Assembly: GCA_965221905.1 (NCBI GenBank)
Contig: OZ244922.1
Coordinates: forward strand, 2,720,001-2,784,000
Source of the DNA: Chloroflexota bacterium
Lineage (GTDB): Bacteria; Chloroflexota; UBA11872; VXOZ01
Reading direction: 5' to 3'
DNA: 64,000 bases
The position numbers were made by a program, and so were the translations under genes. The first letter of the stretch is position 1. Each line of letters starts with the position of its first letter. The notes beneath the pieces were generated by a model that worked only from the letters and a program-made list of their open reading frames with translations, was not told where the DNA came from and ran no database searches. This document shows, one piece after another, positions 1 through 10,582 of this stretch.

Positions 1-380
1 CCCGCCGCGACTACGGCAACCCGGCCCTGTGCAATAGGGCGTATGCTGCGACGGACCACGATGGCACGGGCGTCATCATAGTACTCGGCAGCCGAAATCC
101 GCGACTTGACCTCTGCGTAGACTTCCGGGGTCGCGCGTGTGGCCAGTACCGTCTGATCGTGGGCGAGCAACTCCTCGGCAATACCGATGATCTGTGCCGA
201 GGTCTTGCCCGGACAGTAGATGACCTCCGGAAAGCCGACACGCAGCTGGCGCTGCGCATCAACCTTGGCGAAGCCTAGGTCCTCATACGGAGCCAGGCGT
301 ATGCGTCGCTCGACGTGCTCAACGTCGATTGTTCCTCGTTGCAAGTCCGTCAATAGCGTGCGCAGAGTCTCGGGGTTCAT
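1..380 (-). CDS. larB: Nickel-pincer cofactor biosynthesis protein LarB (5' part; runs off the window edge)
   Basis: Not in the ORF track. Manual translation from ATG at 380: MNPETLRTLLTDLQRG...YEDLGFAKVDAQRQLRVGFPEVIYCPGKT...VLATRA...GRVAVVAAG, the typical LarB N-terminal signature. Confidence 0.88.
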   Translation of the reverse strand, partial: MNPETLRTLLTDLQRGTIDVEHVERRIRLAPYEDLGFAKVDAQRQLRVGFPEVIYCPGKTSAQIIGIAEELLAHDQTVLATRATPEVYAEVKSRISAAEYYDDARAIVVRRSIRPIAQGRVAVVAA

Positions 381-634
381 TAGACGATGCCAATCTCCAA
401 CGTTCGCAGTCCTTTATCCAAGCACATGTACAGCAATCAGCGGGTACGCCACTCCCATCATTTTAGCGCAGTTGGGAGGGCGTGCCAGCGGCGCAACGAG
501 CCGAAACAATGCATATCAACGCGCACGACCGTGGCGACGTATGCCGAGCGGCCCAATGCATGCTCAAGCAGGCGGCTGCACGTCTTCACATGCATGTCCC
601 ACGTGAACTCAATTGAGAACGCAGCAATTCACGT

Positions 635-2823
<2,189 letters not shown>

Positions 2824-2950
2824 TCCGCTCCAACCCCTTCACTGAACTAGCCAGACTCTTTCACTTGGTCTTAGCGCCGCAGGAAGTTCTACAGACTTTG
2901 GTTCCCTGCATCTCTCTCATGTTCTTCCCCAAGAGCCGCCGGCGCTGACG

Positions 2951-3562
2951 CTATGGGCTCAGCGATAGCGCCGCTTCGCGTTTCTCCGCCACCTGTTCAT
3001 ATGAGGTCAGACGGGCACGCATTGTCGCTACCACGCTCGGATCTTTGATAAAACCAAGGCTTGACCGGATTGTAATTACGCTCCCCTGCAACGCTGCCTC
3101 CGCCAAGAGCACCGCCATGACGGCATCCGCCACGAGATTTCTATTGCCATGCTCGGCCAGCCACAAGGCATGATCGCTTACGCCCACACACGCATCGGCG
3201 ATGGCAAAGAGCACCTCAGTGGCCTTCACTGAAGCCTGCTGGATGTGCCTTGAGCGCGCTGCTTGCTCTGCATCGGTGCCGCGTGGCATCGCAAAGCCCG
3301 CCCCCACGGCGCCATATGCATCAATGTCTTCTTGCACCAGGTCTTCCAGCTCTTGCAGGGCTCGATTCAGATTCGCGAGCCGCTCCTCAACCTGGGCACT
3401 AACACTCGCATATTTCTTCCTGCCCAACGTGAAGTTGGCAACCATGACGCCCAGGCCGGCGGCAAGCGCCCCAACTAGCGCCGCTACGCTGCCTCCCCCG
3501 GGTGTCGGTTCGTGCGCGGAGAGCGCTTCCAAGTAGGTATGAATACTTCGCTCGGTAATCAC
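2951..3562 (-). CDS. fchA: Cyclodeaminase/cyclohydrolase family protein (FTCD C-terminal domain; FchA-like methenyl-THF cyclohydrolase)
   Basis: PTPGGGSVAAL, MVANFTLGRKKY, GNRNLVADA motifs; directly upstream of folD. Confidence 0.85.
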   Translation of the reverse strand: MITERSIHTYLEALSAHEPTPGGGSVAALVGALAAGLGVMVANFTLGRKKYASVSAQVEERLANLNRALQELEDLVQEDIDAYGAVGAGFAMPRGTDAEQAARSRHIQQASVKATEVLFAIADACVGVSDHALWLAEHGNRNLVADAVMAVLLAEAALQGSVITIRSSLGFIKDPSVVATMRARLTSYEQVAEKREAALSLSP

Positions 3563-3591
3563 CGCACGCTCCTCCTTCTAAGCGTTGCTTG

Positions 3592-4251
3592 CTAGGCTTC
3601 ATTCCACCAGCGTGACGGGATCACACCCGCTACCCGCACCCGATCATTCTCAATGCGTACCCTACCTTCGGCAAACCACTGCACGACACAAGGCAGCAGA
3701 CGATGCTCCTGCGCCAAAATGCGTTTCGCCAGTGACTCTACCGTATCGTCCGTCAGCACGGGCACTGCGGCCTGGGCGATTATTGGCCCTGCGTCCACAT
3801 CATCAGTAGCAATGTGTACCGTACATCCCGCAATCTTAGCGCCGGCTTCCAAGGCATCCTGCTGTGGTTTGGGGTTCATCCCGCCCGCAAAGGCCGGCAG
3901 CAAGGACGGGTGAACGTTGATGATCCGATTGGGATAGGCCTGTACCCATGCCCGCGATAGAATGCGGTCGAAGCCGCCGAGTACGATCAATTCCGAACCA
4001 TGCCGTTGCGCACATGCCAGCATCGCCTCATGTTGAGCCTCTCGAGACTCATAGTCGCGCCGTACAATAACGTAGGTGGCGATACCGGCTGCTTGTGCCC
4101 GCTGAACGCCCGGCGCGTTGCGATGATTGCAGATCACAGCAACGATCTGCGCGTCGAGGCGCCCTTCGTCAATCGCGTCAATGAGCGCCTGCAAGTTGCT
4201 ACCGCGACCGGAAATGAGCACTGCCAGGCGCAAGGCGGGCTCTCTAACCAC
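3592..4251 (-). CDS. purN: Phosphoribosylglycinamide formyltransferase
   Basis: LISGRGSNLQALI, INVHPSLLPAF, GCTVH, DAGPII motifs. Confidence 0.97.
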   Translation of the reverse strand: MVREPALRLAVLISGRGSNLQALIDAIDEGRLDAQIVAVICNHRNAPGVQRAQAAGIATYVIVRRDYESREAQHEAMLACAQRHGSELIVLGGFDRILSRAWVQAYPNRIINVHPSLLPAFAGGMNPKPQQDALEAGAKIAGCTVHIATDDVDAGPIIAQAAVPVLTDDTVESLAKRILAQEHRLLPCVVQWFAEGRVRIENDRVRVAGVIPSRWWNEA

Positions 4252-4284
4252 TTTCGACTTGATACCTCTCTAATGCCCGCGCAT

Positions 4285-5316
4285 TCATCTTGCAATTTCA
4301 ACGCGCGGCTCGCCGGCATGATCCTCAACCACGCCGATGCGGCAGAGCGCCGATGCGATACGCTGGGCTTCCGCGGCATCTTTCTCTCCACAAATGACCA
4401 CATACCCAACACCCATGTTGAACGTGTGGCACATCTCTTCAAACGCCACTTTTCCGCGCTCCTGAATGAGCTGGAAGATTGGTGGCGCCGGCCACGACCC
4501 CCAGTGCAGGCGCACCTGTGTTCCTTGAGGCAGGATTCGAGGGATGTTGTCCCAAAGTCCGCCGCCGGTGATGTGTGCCATTCCTTTTATGTCGAGTTCA
4601 GACAGTAGGCGCTCCACGGGGTGCAAGTAACTTGTGTGGACCGCCAGCAAGGCATCCGCCAGCGTCGCCCCCAGCGCGGGCACGAACTCCTCCAGGGAGT
4701 CCTCAGAGAAGACACGGCGCGCAAGCGAATACCCGTTCGTATGCAAGCCATTGCTGGGAAAGGCCAGAACCGCGTCTCCCGGCTCGATGCGCTCGCCGCT
4801 TACAATCCCTTCACGCTCCACGACACCCACAATCGTACCGGCAAAGTCGAAATCGCCATCAGCGTAGAGGTCCGGCATTTCTGCCAACTCCCCGCCCAGC
4901 AGCGCGCACCCGGCTTCCTTGCATGCCGTCGCCGCGCCGGAAACGATATCGCCCATTACCTCAGGCACCAGCCTGCCCACGCCGACGTAATCCAAGAAGA
5001 AGAGCGGACGCGCTCCCAGGGTGAGAATGTCGTTGATGCAATGGTTGACCAGGTCTTGGCCCACCGTATCGTAGCGTTCCAATTGAGTCGCGAGCTTGAC
5101 CTTGGTTCCGACGCCGTCGGTACTCGTGGCGAGTACCGGCTCGGCATAGTGCATTGGAAACTGAAAGAGACCGCCAAAACTCCCGATGCCTGTGAGCACC
5201 TCGGGCCCGTGGGTAGCTTCCACGTGCGACTTAAAGAGTTGCACAGCCCTAGTGCCGGCTTTGATATCTACGCCGGCTTGACGATAGGTTGATGGCGGGT
5301 GACGGGTGTCACGCAT
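4285..5316 (-). CDS. purM: Phosphoribosylaminoimidazole (AIR) synthetase
   Basis: YRQAGVDI, STDGVGTK, DLVNHCINDI, SNGLHTNGYSL, AHITGGG, TFNMGVG motifs. Confidence 0.97.
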   Translation of the reverse strand: MRDTRHPPSTYRQAGVDIKAGTRAVQLFKSHVEATHGPEVLTGIGSFGGLFQFPMHYAEPVLATSTDGVGTKVKLATQLERYDTVGQDLVNHCINDILTLGARPLFFLDYVGVGRLVPEVMGDIVSGAATACKEAGCALLGGELAEMPDLYADGDFDFAGTIVGVVEREGIVSGERIEPGDAVLAFPSNGLHTNGYSLARRVFSEDSLEEFVPALGATLADALLAVHTSYLHPVERLLSELDIKGMAHITGGGLWDNIPRILPQGTQVRLHWGSWPAPPIFQLIQERGKVAFEEMCHTFNMGVGYVVICGEKDAAEAQRIASALCRIGVVEDHAGEPRVEIAR

Positions 5317-5487
5317 AGACCTGAAATCACCGATCAACGAGCAAAACAGCCGGAATCAACGCCAGGGTCGTAGCAGTGGGTGTCCAATCAATTACCCCCG
5401 AGCATACAGGGGGTATCTGCTCACGGAAACGATTGATACAGGCGCAGTGTAGTTTCTGCTCACCCCACGCAATCGTCTGTACCACTC

Positions 5488-6942
5488 TCATGACACCGGT
5501 GCTCGAATTTGCTCTAGGGAAAGCTTGTCGAATTCCATCTGCACCGGGACCGGGTAGTCGCCATTGAAGCACGCTAGGCAGTATTGATCGTACGGCAAGC
5601 CAACAGCCTCTACGATGCCCTTGATGCTCAGGTACCCCAAGCTATCTGCCTGAATTACCGCCCCGACGGCTGATTCCGCCTCTTCCCGGGATTGGAAAGC
5701 GGAGGCAATGATCTCCCCCCGTGTCGGCATATCTACGCCCAAGAAGCATGGGTGGCGAATAGGCGGCGCCGCAATGCGCACGTGCACTTCCACCGCACCC
5801 GCCTGGCGCAGCATCTTTACAATAGGACGCGTATTCGTGCCGCGCACAATAGAATCGTCTACCACAACTACGCGCTGGCCTTCCAGCACCTCCGGCATGG
5901 GATTGTACTTCATGAGCGCACCCTCACGCCGCAATTGGTCGGTCGGCTGGATGAATGTACGGTGTATATAGCGATTGCGCACCAAGCCGTCGCGCAGCGG
6001 TATACCGCTCTCCTCGGCGTATCCCTGGGCGGCAGCGATAGCGCATTCAGGCACGCCCATTACTAAGTCGGCGCCCGGCGTGGGCCGCTCACGTGCAAGC
6101 TGTCGTCCCATCTCACGACGCGCGTGATAGAGCAGTTTGCCCTCGATGTACGAATCCGGTCGGGCAAGATACATGAACTCGAACATACAGACTGCCCGCT
6201 TCTTGACGGGTTGAATGCGATAGGACCGTAGCCCTTCTTCACCGACCGAGATCAACTCTCCCGGCTCTACCTCGCGCACGAACTCTGCGCCAACGGTATT
6301 CAAAGCGCAACTCTCGGATGCTACTACCCAAGAGCCATCGGCATTCCCCAAACAAAGGGGCCTATTTCCTAGCGGGTCCCGCGCTGCCAGAATATGATCG
6401 GTCGTCGCCATGACAAAACTGTATGAACCAACCAAGCGCGGCAGCGTGTGCTGCAGCTTTTCCGGCCACGTACTGCCCGGAGCAAGCGCCATGAGCCACG
6501 CCGCTATCTCGCTATCGGTGGATGACTTAGGGCGCACGCCGAGTTCTTCAAGGTCTTCCAGCAACTGGTCGGCATTGACGAGATTGCCATTGTGGGCCAA
6601 GGCAAACTGGCCCAGCGGGCCTTCTACAAAAATGGGCTGGGAGTTGTCCTCCCGGCTCGCACCCTTTGTGGAGTAGCGAGTATGCCCAACGGCTAAGATA
6701 CCGCTCAAGTCTTCCAGGATTTCTTCGGAAAACACGTGGGAGACAAGACCCATCCTGCGGTAGACCTGCATCTGCTTACCGTCAGCACTGGCAATGCCCG
6801 CACTCTCCTGACCGCGATGCTGAAGCGCATGCAAGCCAAAGTACGTGAGCTTTGCGACGTCGAGATCGGGACCGTAAATACCGAAGACGCCACACGCCTC
6901 ACGCGGCGAATCAGTCTCAGCAGTAGCTAGTGTAGGATCCAT
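5488..6942 (-). CDS. purF: Amidophosphoribosyltransferase
   Basis: Propeptide then EACGVFG, LQHRGQESAG, GHTRYST, VVDDSIVRG, C-terminal CLAC Fe-S ligands. Probable ATG at 6942. Confidence 0.97.
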   Translation of the reverse strand: MDPTLATAETDSPREACGVFGIYGPDLDVAKLTYFGLHALQHRGQESAGIASADGKQMQVYRRMGLVSHVFSEEILEDLSGILAVGHTRYSTKGASREDNSQPIFVEGPLGQFALAHNGNLVNADQLLEDLEELGVRPKSSTDSEIAAWLMALAPGSTWPEKLQHTLPRLVGSYSFVMATTDHILAARDPLGNRPLCLGNADGSWVVASESCALNTVGAEFVREVEPGELISVGEEGLRSYRIQPVKKRAVCMFEFMYLARPDSYIEGKLLYHARREMGRQLARERPTPGADLVMGVPECAIAAAQGYAEESGIPLRDGLVRNRYIHRTFIQPTDQLRREGALMKYNPMPEVLEGQRVVVVDDSIVRGTNTRPIVKMLRQAGAVEVHVRIAAPPIRHPCFLGVDMPTRGEIIASAFQSREEAESAVGAVIQADSLGYLSIKGIVEAVGLPYDQYCLACFNGDYPVPVQMEFDKLSLEQIRAPVS

Positions 6943-6964
6943 AGCTCGCGCTGCCCTCTCCGAT

Positions 6965-9199
6965 TCATTGCGTCTTTGGTCTCTCCGCGGCCAGTGCCTC
7001 CGCCATTCCATTCTGCCACGCCCGTCGCGCAGACGCTAGTGGCACACACACCTTGTCGCCCAGCACCAGGGCACTGCCTTGGACGCGTCCGATGACCGCG
7101 AACGGTACTTGATGCTCGTCGGCTACCGCACGCCCTGCCGCAAGCTCTTTCTCCGGCAGACTAATGACGATCCGTGATTGACCTTCACCGAAGAGAAGGC
7201 CGTCTGCACGTCCGTCGCCCGGCAACTCCACCTGAAACCCAATTCCGCCCGCGATAGCGCTCTCCGCGAGAGCCACGGCGAGACCGCCCTGGGAACAATC
7301 GTGTGCGCTGCTAATGAGCCCTGCGCGAATGAGCCGCCGACAGGCAGACTGGACGTTTGCTTCCATTTCGAGGTCTATCGGCGGCGCATGACCGGAGACG
7401 AGGCCGTGCATTACCGCAAGATACTCACTGCCGCCGCAATAGTCGCTCTGCGGGCCAAGCAGTGCAATAACGTCTCCCTCGTGCTTGAATGCCGATGCGA
7501 CGCTCTGTTCCACAGCTTCCAGCATGCCCACCATGCCCACCATTGGCGTCGGATAGATAGCCTGGCCGCGGGCCTCGTTATAGAGACTGACATTGCCGCT
7601 CACTACCGGCACACCCAGTACCTCGCAGGCGGCAGCCATCCCGCGCACTACCTGCTCCAATTGGTAGTAGACATCGGTCTTCTCCGGATTCCCGAAGTTC
7701 AAGCAATTCGTGAGGGCAAGCGGCTCGGCGCCAACGCACGACAGGTTGCGGGCCGCCTCCGCTACTGCGATCGCTCCGCCCGTAAATGGGTCCAAGTAAC
7801 AGTATTGACCATTGCCGTCTATGGTGACGGCAAGTCCTGCCGGAGTGCCCTTGATCCGAAGTATCGCCGCGTCGCCACCCGGCCCCTGCACCGTGTTTAC
7901 CTGAACACTATAGTCATACTGCTGAAAGACGCTCTCCTTGCTCGCAACATTGGGGCTAGCCAGCAACGTGAGCCAAGCGTCATTGTAGTCCGATATCTCC
8001 GGCAGCGACTGCTGTTCGAAGCCATGCGCTTCCCGCATATAGGCCGGCACGGTGCCTTCCCGCACGTAGGTGGGTGCATCCGCGAGCAAATGGGCGGGTA
8101 TCTCAGCCACAACCTCCGCGCCGTTGCGCACGCGCACCATGCTGTCAGCGGTGACCTGACCGATTACTGTGGAGTGAAGCCCCCAGCGCGAAAAGATCGC
8201 TGCTACGTGCTCTTCAGCGCCCCGTCGCACAATGGCAAGCATGCGCTCCTGGCTCTCACTGAGCATGATCTCGTAGGGGGTCATACCCTCTTCCCGGCAC
8301 GGCACACGGCTTACGTCGATATCAACACCGCTCTCGCCCTTGTGGGCAGCCTCAACGGAAGAGCTCGTCAATCCGGCCGCCCCGAGGTCCTGCAGTCCCA
8401 CGAGATAGTCGGTCTCACCCAATTCGAGACACGCCTCGATGAGCAGCTTTTCCATGAAGGGATCGCCCACTTGCACCACGCCGCGGTGCGACAGTTCAGG
8501 ATCATCCAATGAGGCGAAGGAAGCACCGTGAATGCCGTCCCGGCCGGTTGCCGCTCCCACCAGCATTAGGGTATTGCCTGCCCCGCGCGCACGAGCGCTA
8601 ATGAGCTTCTCTTGGCGAATAAGACCGACGCACATCGCATTAACGAGCGGGTTCCCAGCGTAGCAGGACGCGAAATTCACTTCGCCGCCCACGTCCGGGA
8701 TACCCACACAATTGCCGTAGTGGCTGATGCCGCCAACGACACCATTGAACAAGTACCGGTTGCGCGCGTCATCCAGAGGACCGAATCGCAAGGAATTGAG
8801 CAACGCAATGGGACGCGCGCCCATGGTAAAAATGTCTCGCACGATGCCGCCCACACCGGTGGCTGCTCCCTGAAATGGTTCAACAGCACTGGGATGGTTG
8901 TGGCTTTCGACCTTGAAGACAACGGCGAGCCCATGGCCGATATCAACTGCGCCTGCATTTTCCTCTCCCGCGCCGACTAATACATGCTCGCCGTCAGTGG
9001 GCAGCAACTTCAGTAGCGGTCGCGAGTTCTTGTAGCCGCAGTGTTCGCTCCACATAGCGCCGAACATGCCAAGTTCGACACGATTCGGTGCGCGGCCAAG
9101 TTGGACGCAAATGCGATCGTACTCGCTCCGGGTGAGCGAGACTTCCCGCAGGTCGGCGTCAGTTACCGCAGTATCTGTTTGAGACACAGTGCCCCTCAC
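6965..9199 (-). CDS. purL: FGAM synthase subunit PurL
   Basis: MWSEHCGYK, KVESHNHPS, QDLGAAG, MLSESQERM, NCLNFGNPE motifs. Confidence 0.98.
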   Translation of the reverse strand: MRGTVSQTDTAVTDADLREVSLTRSEYDRICVQLGRAPNRVELGMFGAMWSEHCGYKNSRPLLKLLPTDGEHVLVGAGEENAGAVDIGHGLAVVFKVESHNHPSAVEPFQGAATGVGGIVRDIFTMGARPIALLNSLRFGPLDDARNRYLFNGVVGGISHYGNCVGIPDVGGEVNFASCYAGNPLVNAMCVGLIRQEKLISARARGAGNTLMLVGAATGRDGIHGASFASLDDPELSHRGVVQVGDPFMEKLLIEACLELGETDYLVGLQDLGAAGLTSSSVEAAHKGESGVDIDVSRVPCREEGMTPYEIMLSESQERMLAIVRRGAEEHVAAIFSRWGLHSTVIGQVTADSMVRVRNGAEVVAEIPAHLLADAPTYVREGTVPAYMREAHGFEQQSLPEISDYNDAWLTLLASPNVASKESVFQQYDYSVQVNTVQGPGGDAAILRIKGTPAGLAVTIDGNGQYCYLDPFTGGAIAVAEAARNLSCVGAEPLALTNCLNFGNPEKTDVYYQLEQVVRGMAAACEVLGVPVVSGNVSLYNEARGQAIYPTPMVGMVGMLEAVEQSVASAFKHEGDVIALLGPQSDYCGGSEYLAVMHGLVSGHAPPIDLEMEANVQSACRRLIRAGLISSAHDCSQGGLAVALAESAIAGGIGFQVELPGDGRADGLLFGEGQSRIVISLPEKELAAGRAVADEHQVPFAVIGRVQGSALVLGDKVCVPLASARRAWQNGMAEALAAERPKTQ

Positions 9200-9320
9200 T
9201 CATGCATTCGCAGCACAGTCGAGTCTCTCGGATTGCACCATTAGTTTCCAGGAGTTAGTAATCGCGTGGAAGGCCTGCTTAGCGGCCAGCGGCGTCGCAT
9301 AGAAACAACGAACGCTAGGC

Positions 9321-10028
9321 TCACGCTCGCGAGGGCACGGCAGAGAGCGCGAGGATGATTGCCTGCCAAATGCCCAAGCCGTCTTCACTGCCCAATACGG
9401 CTTCTGCGCACCGTTCAGGGTGCGGCATAAGACCGAAGACATTGCCGGCCTCATTGCACACCCCCGCGATATTGCCCGCAGACCCATTGGGGTTCGCTGC
9501 CGGCGAAACATCACCCAGAGTATCGCAATAGCGCATGACTATTTGGCCGTTGTCATGCATGCGATCGAGAACCGCTTGGTCGGCAACATAACTGCCGTCA
9601 CCGTGGGCAATCGGCATGCGCAGCACCTGCCCGTGATGATAGGACGCCATGAAAGGCGACCCCATGCTCTCGACGCGCAAATGAACCCAACCGCAGCGGA
9701 ATTCCAGCATACGGTTCTTGATCAATGCGCCCGGCAAGAGTCCTGCTTCGGTAAGGATTTGAAAGCCGTTGCAAATGCCCAGCACAAGCCCGCCGGCTTC
9801 TGCGAACGATGTTACCGCGCGCATTACTGGGGAGAATCGCGCAATTGACCCCGACCGCAGGTAATCTCCGTACGAAAAGCCGCCCGGCAGCACGAGAGCA
9901 TCGTAATCTGAAAGATGTGTCTCTTCATGCCAGACCAGATCTGCCTGCTGGCGGAGCACGGAGCGCACAACGTGAAGGCAGTCGTGGTCGCAGTTGGAAC
10001 CGGGGAACTGCACGATGCCAATCTTCAC
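9321..10028 (-). CDS. purQ: FGAM synthase glutaminase subunit PurQ
   Basis: [33 protein letters not shown] motifs. GTG start overlaps the purS stop (GTGA). Confidence 0.97.
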   Translation of the reverse strand: MKIGIVQFPGSNCDHDCLHVVRSVLRQQADLVWHEETHLSDYDALVLPGGFSYGDYLRSGSIARFSPVMRAVTSFAEAGGLVLGICNGFQILTEAGLLPGALIKNRMLEFRCGWVHLRVESMGSPFMASYHHGQVLRMPIAHGDGSYVADQAVLDRMHDNGQIVMRYCDTLGDVSPAANPNGSAGNIAGVCNEAGNVFGLMPHPERCAEAVLGSEDGLGIWQAIILALSAVPSRA

Positions 10029-10276
10029 TGCACGGTCTCCAGATCGAAACGATAGCTCTCGATGACGGGATTGGCTAAGAGTTGCCGGCACATCGCTTCC
10101 ACTGCCTCGCCGGCTTCGGAGGCGCTATCGGTTCCCAGTTCTACCTCCAGGTACTTTCCCATCCGCACCGATTCCACGTCCTCGAATCCGAGGTGGTGCA
10201 ATGCATCGCGGATAGTATTCCCTTGCGGGTCCAGGACCGTCGACTTATACGTAACGTAGATACGTGCTTTCGTCAC
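10025..10276 (-). CDS. purS: FGAM synthase subunit PurS
   Basis: [22 protein letters not shown] motifs; 83 aa. Confidence 0.97.
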   Translation of the reverse strand: MTKARIYVTYKSTVLDPQGNTIRDALHHLGFEDVESVRMGKYLEVELGTDSASEAGEAVEAMCRQLLANPVIESYRFDLETVQ

Positions 10277-10397
10277 TGCAGAGTAGACCTCGACAAGAAC
10301 CTACACATGTGTACACTTACACCGTTCGACATGCAACTGCCCACTTTGACCGGTTTAGAACGCGCGGTCCCAAATCTCCACATGAAGCCCGCTCTTA

Positions 10398-10423
10398 CCG
10401 TTCGCCCTGAGCTTGTCGAAGGG
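10398..10423. repeat. REP-like palindrome, family A (CCGTTCGnnCTGAGCyTGTCGAAG)
   Basis: CCGTTCGCCCTGAGCTTGTCGAAGGG; the same motif recurs more than 10 times in intergenic DNA. Confidence 0.8.
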
Positions 10424-10582
10424 CCGGTTCTACTATCGTGGAACTGGCCCGATCGAGCCTAAAGATGAACAAGCAAAATGCTGCTAGGTCACTCCATCAG
10501 TCCGGTAGTGCCTCCACCAGGCGCATGCGCCAAAGTCAAGGCACTACCTCTATCCAGTCTTTCTGGTCATCCAGCCGGAGCG

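Noticed and set aside
1-380. purE at the end of the purine cluster
   Set aside because: The N-terminal DLGFAKVD/GFPEVIY..GKT motifs are LarB-specific, not PurE.
7178-8512. Long antisense ORFs (also 29053-30186, 31684-32799, 44994-46055, 48817-49998, 51215-52477)
   Set aside because: They are shadows of well-supported genes on the opposite strand in GC-rich DNA and carry no recognisable motifs.
10277-10582. Purine, ZTP or PRPP riboswitch upstream of purS
   Set aside because: No consensus aptamer elements seen; only a REP and a 10-bp inverted repeat (10504-10548).
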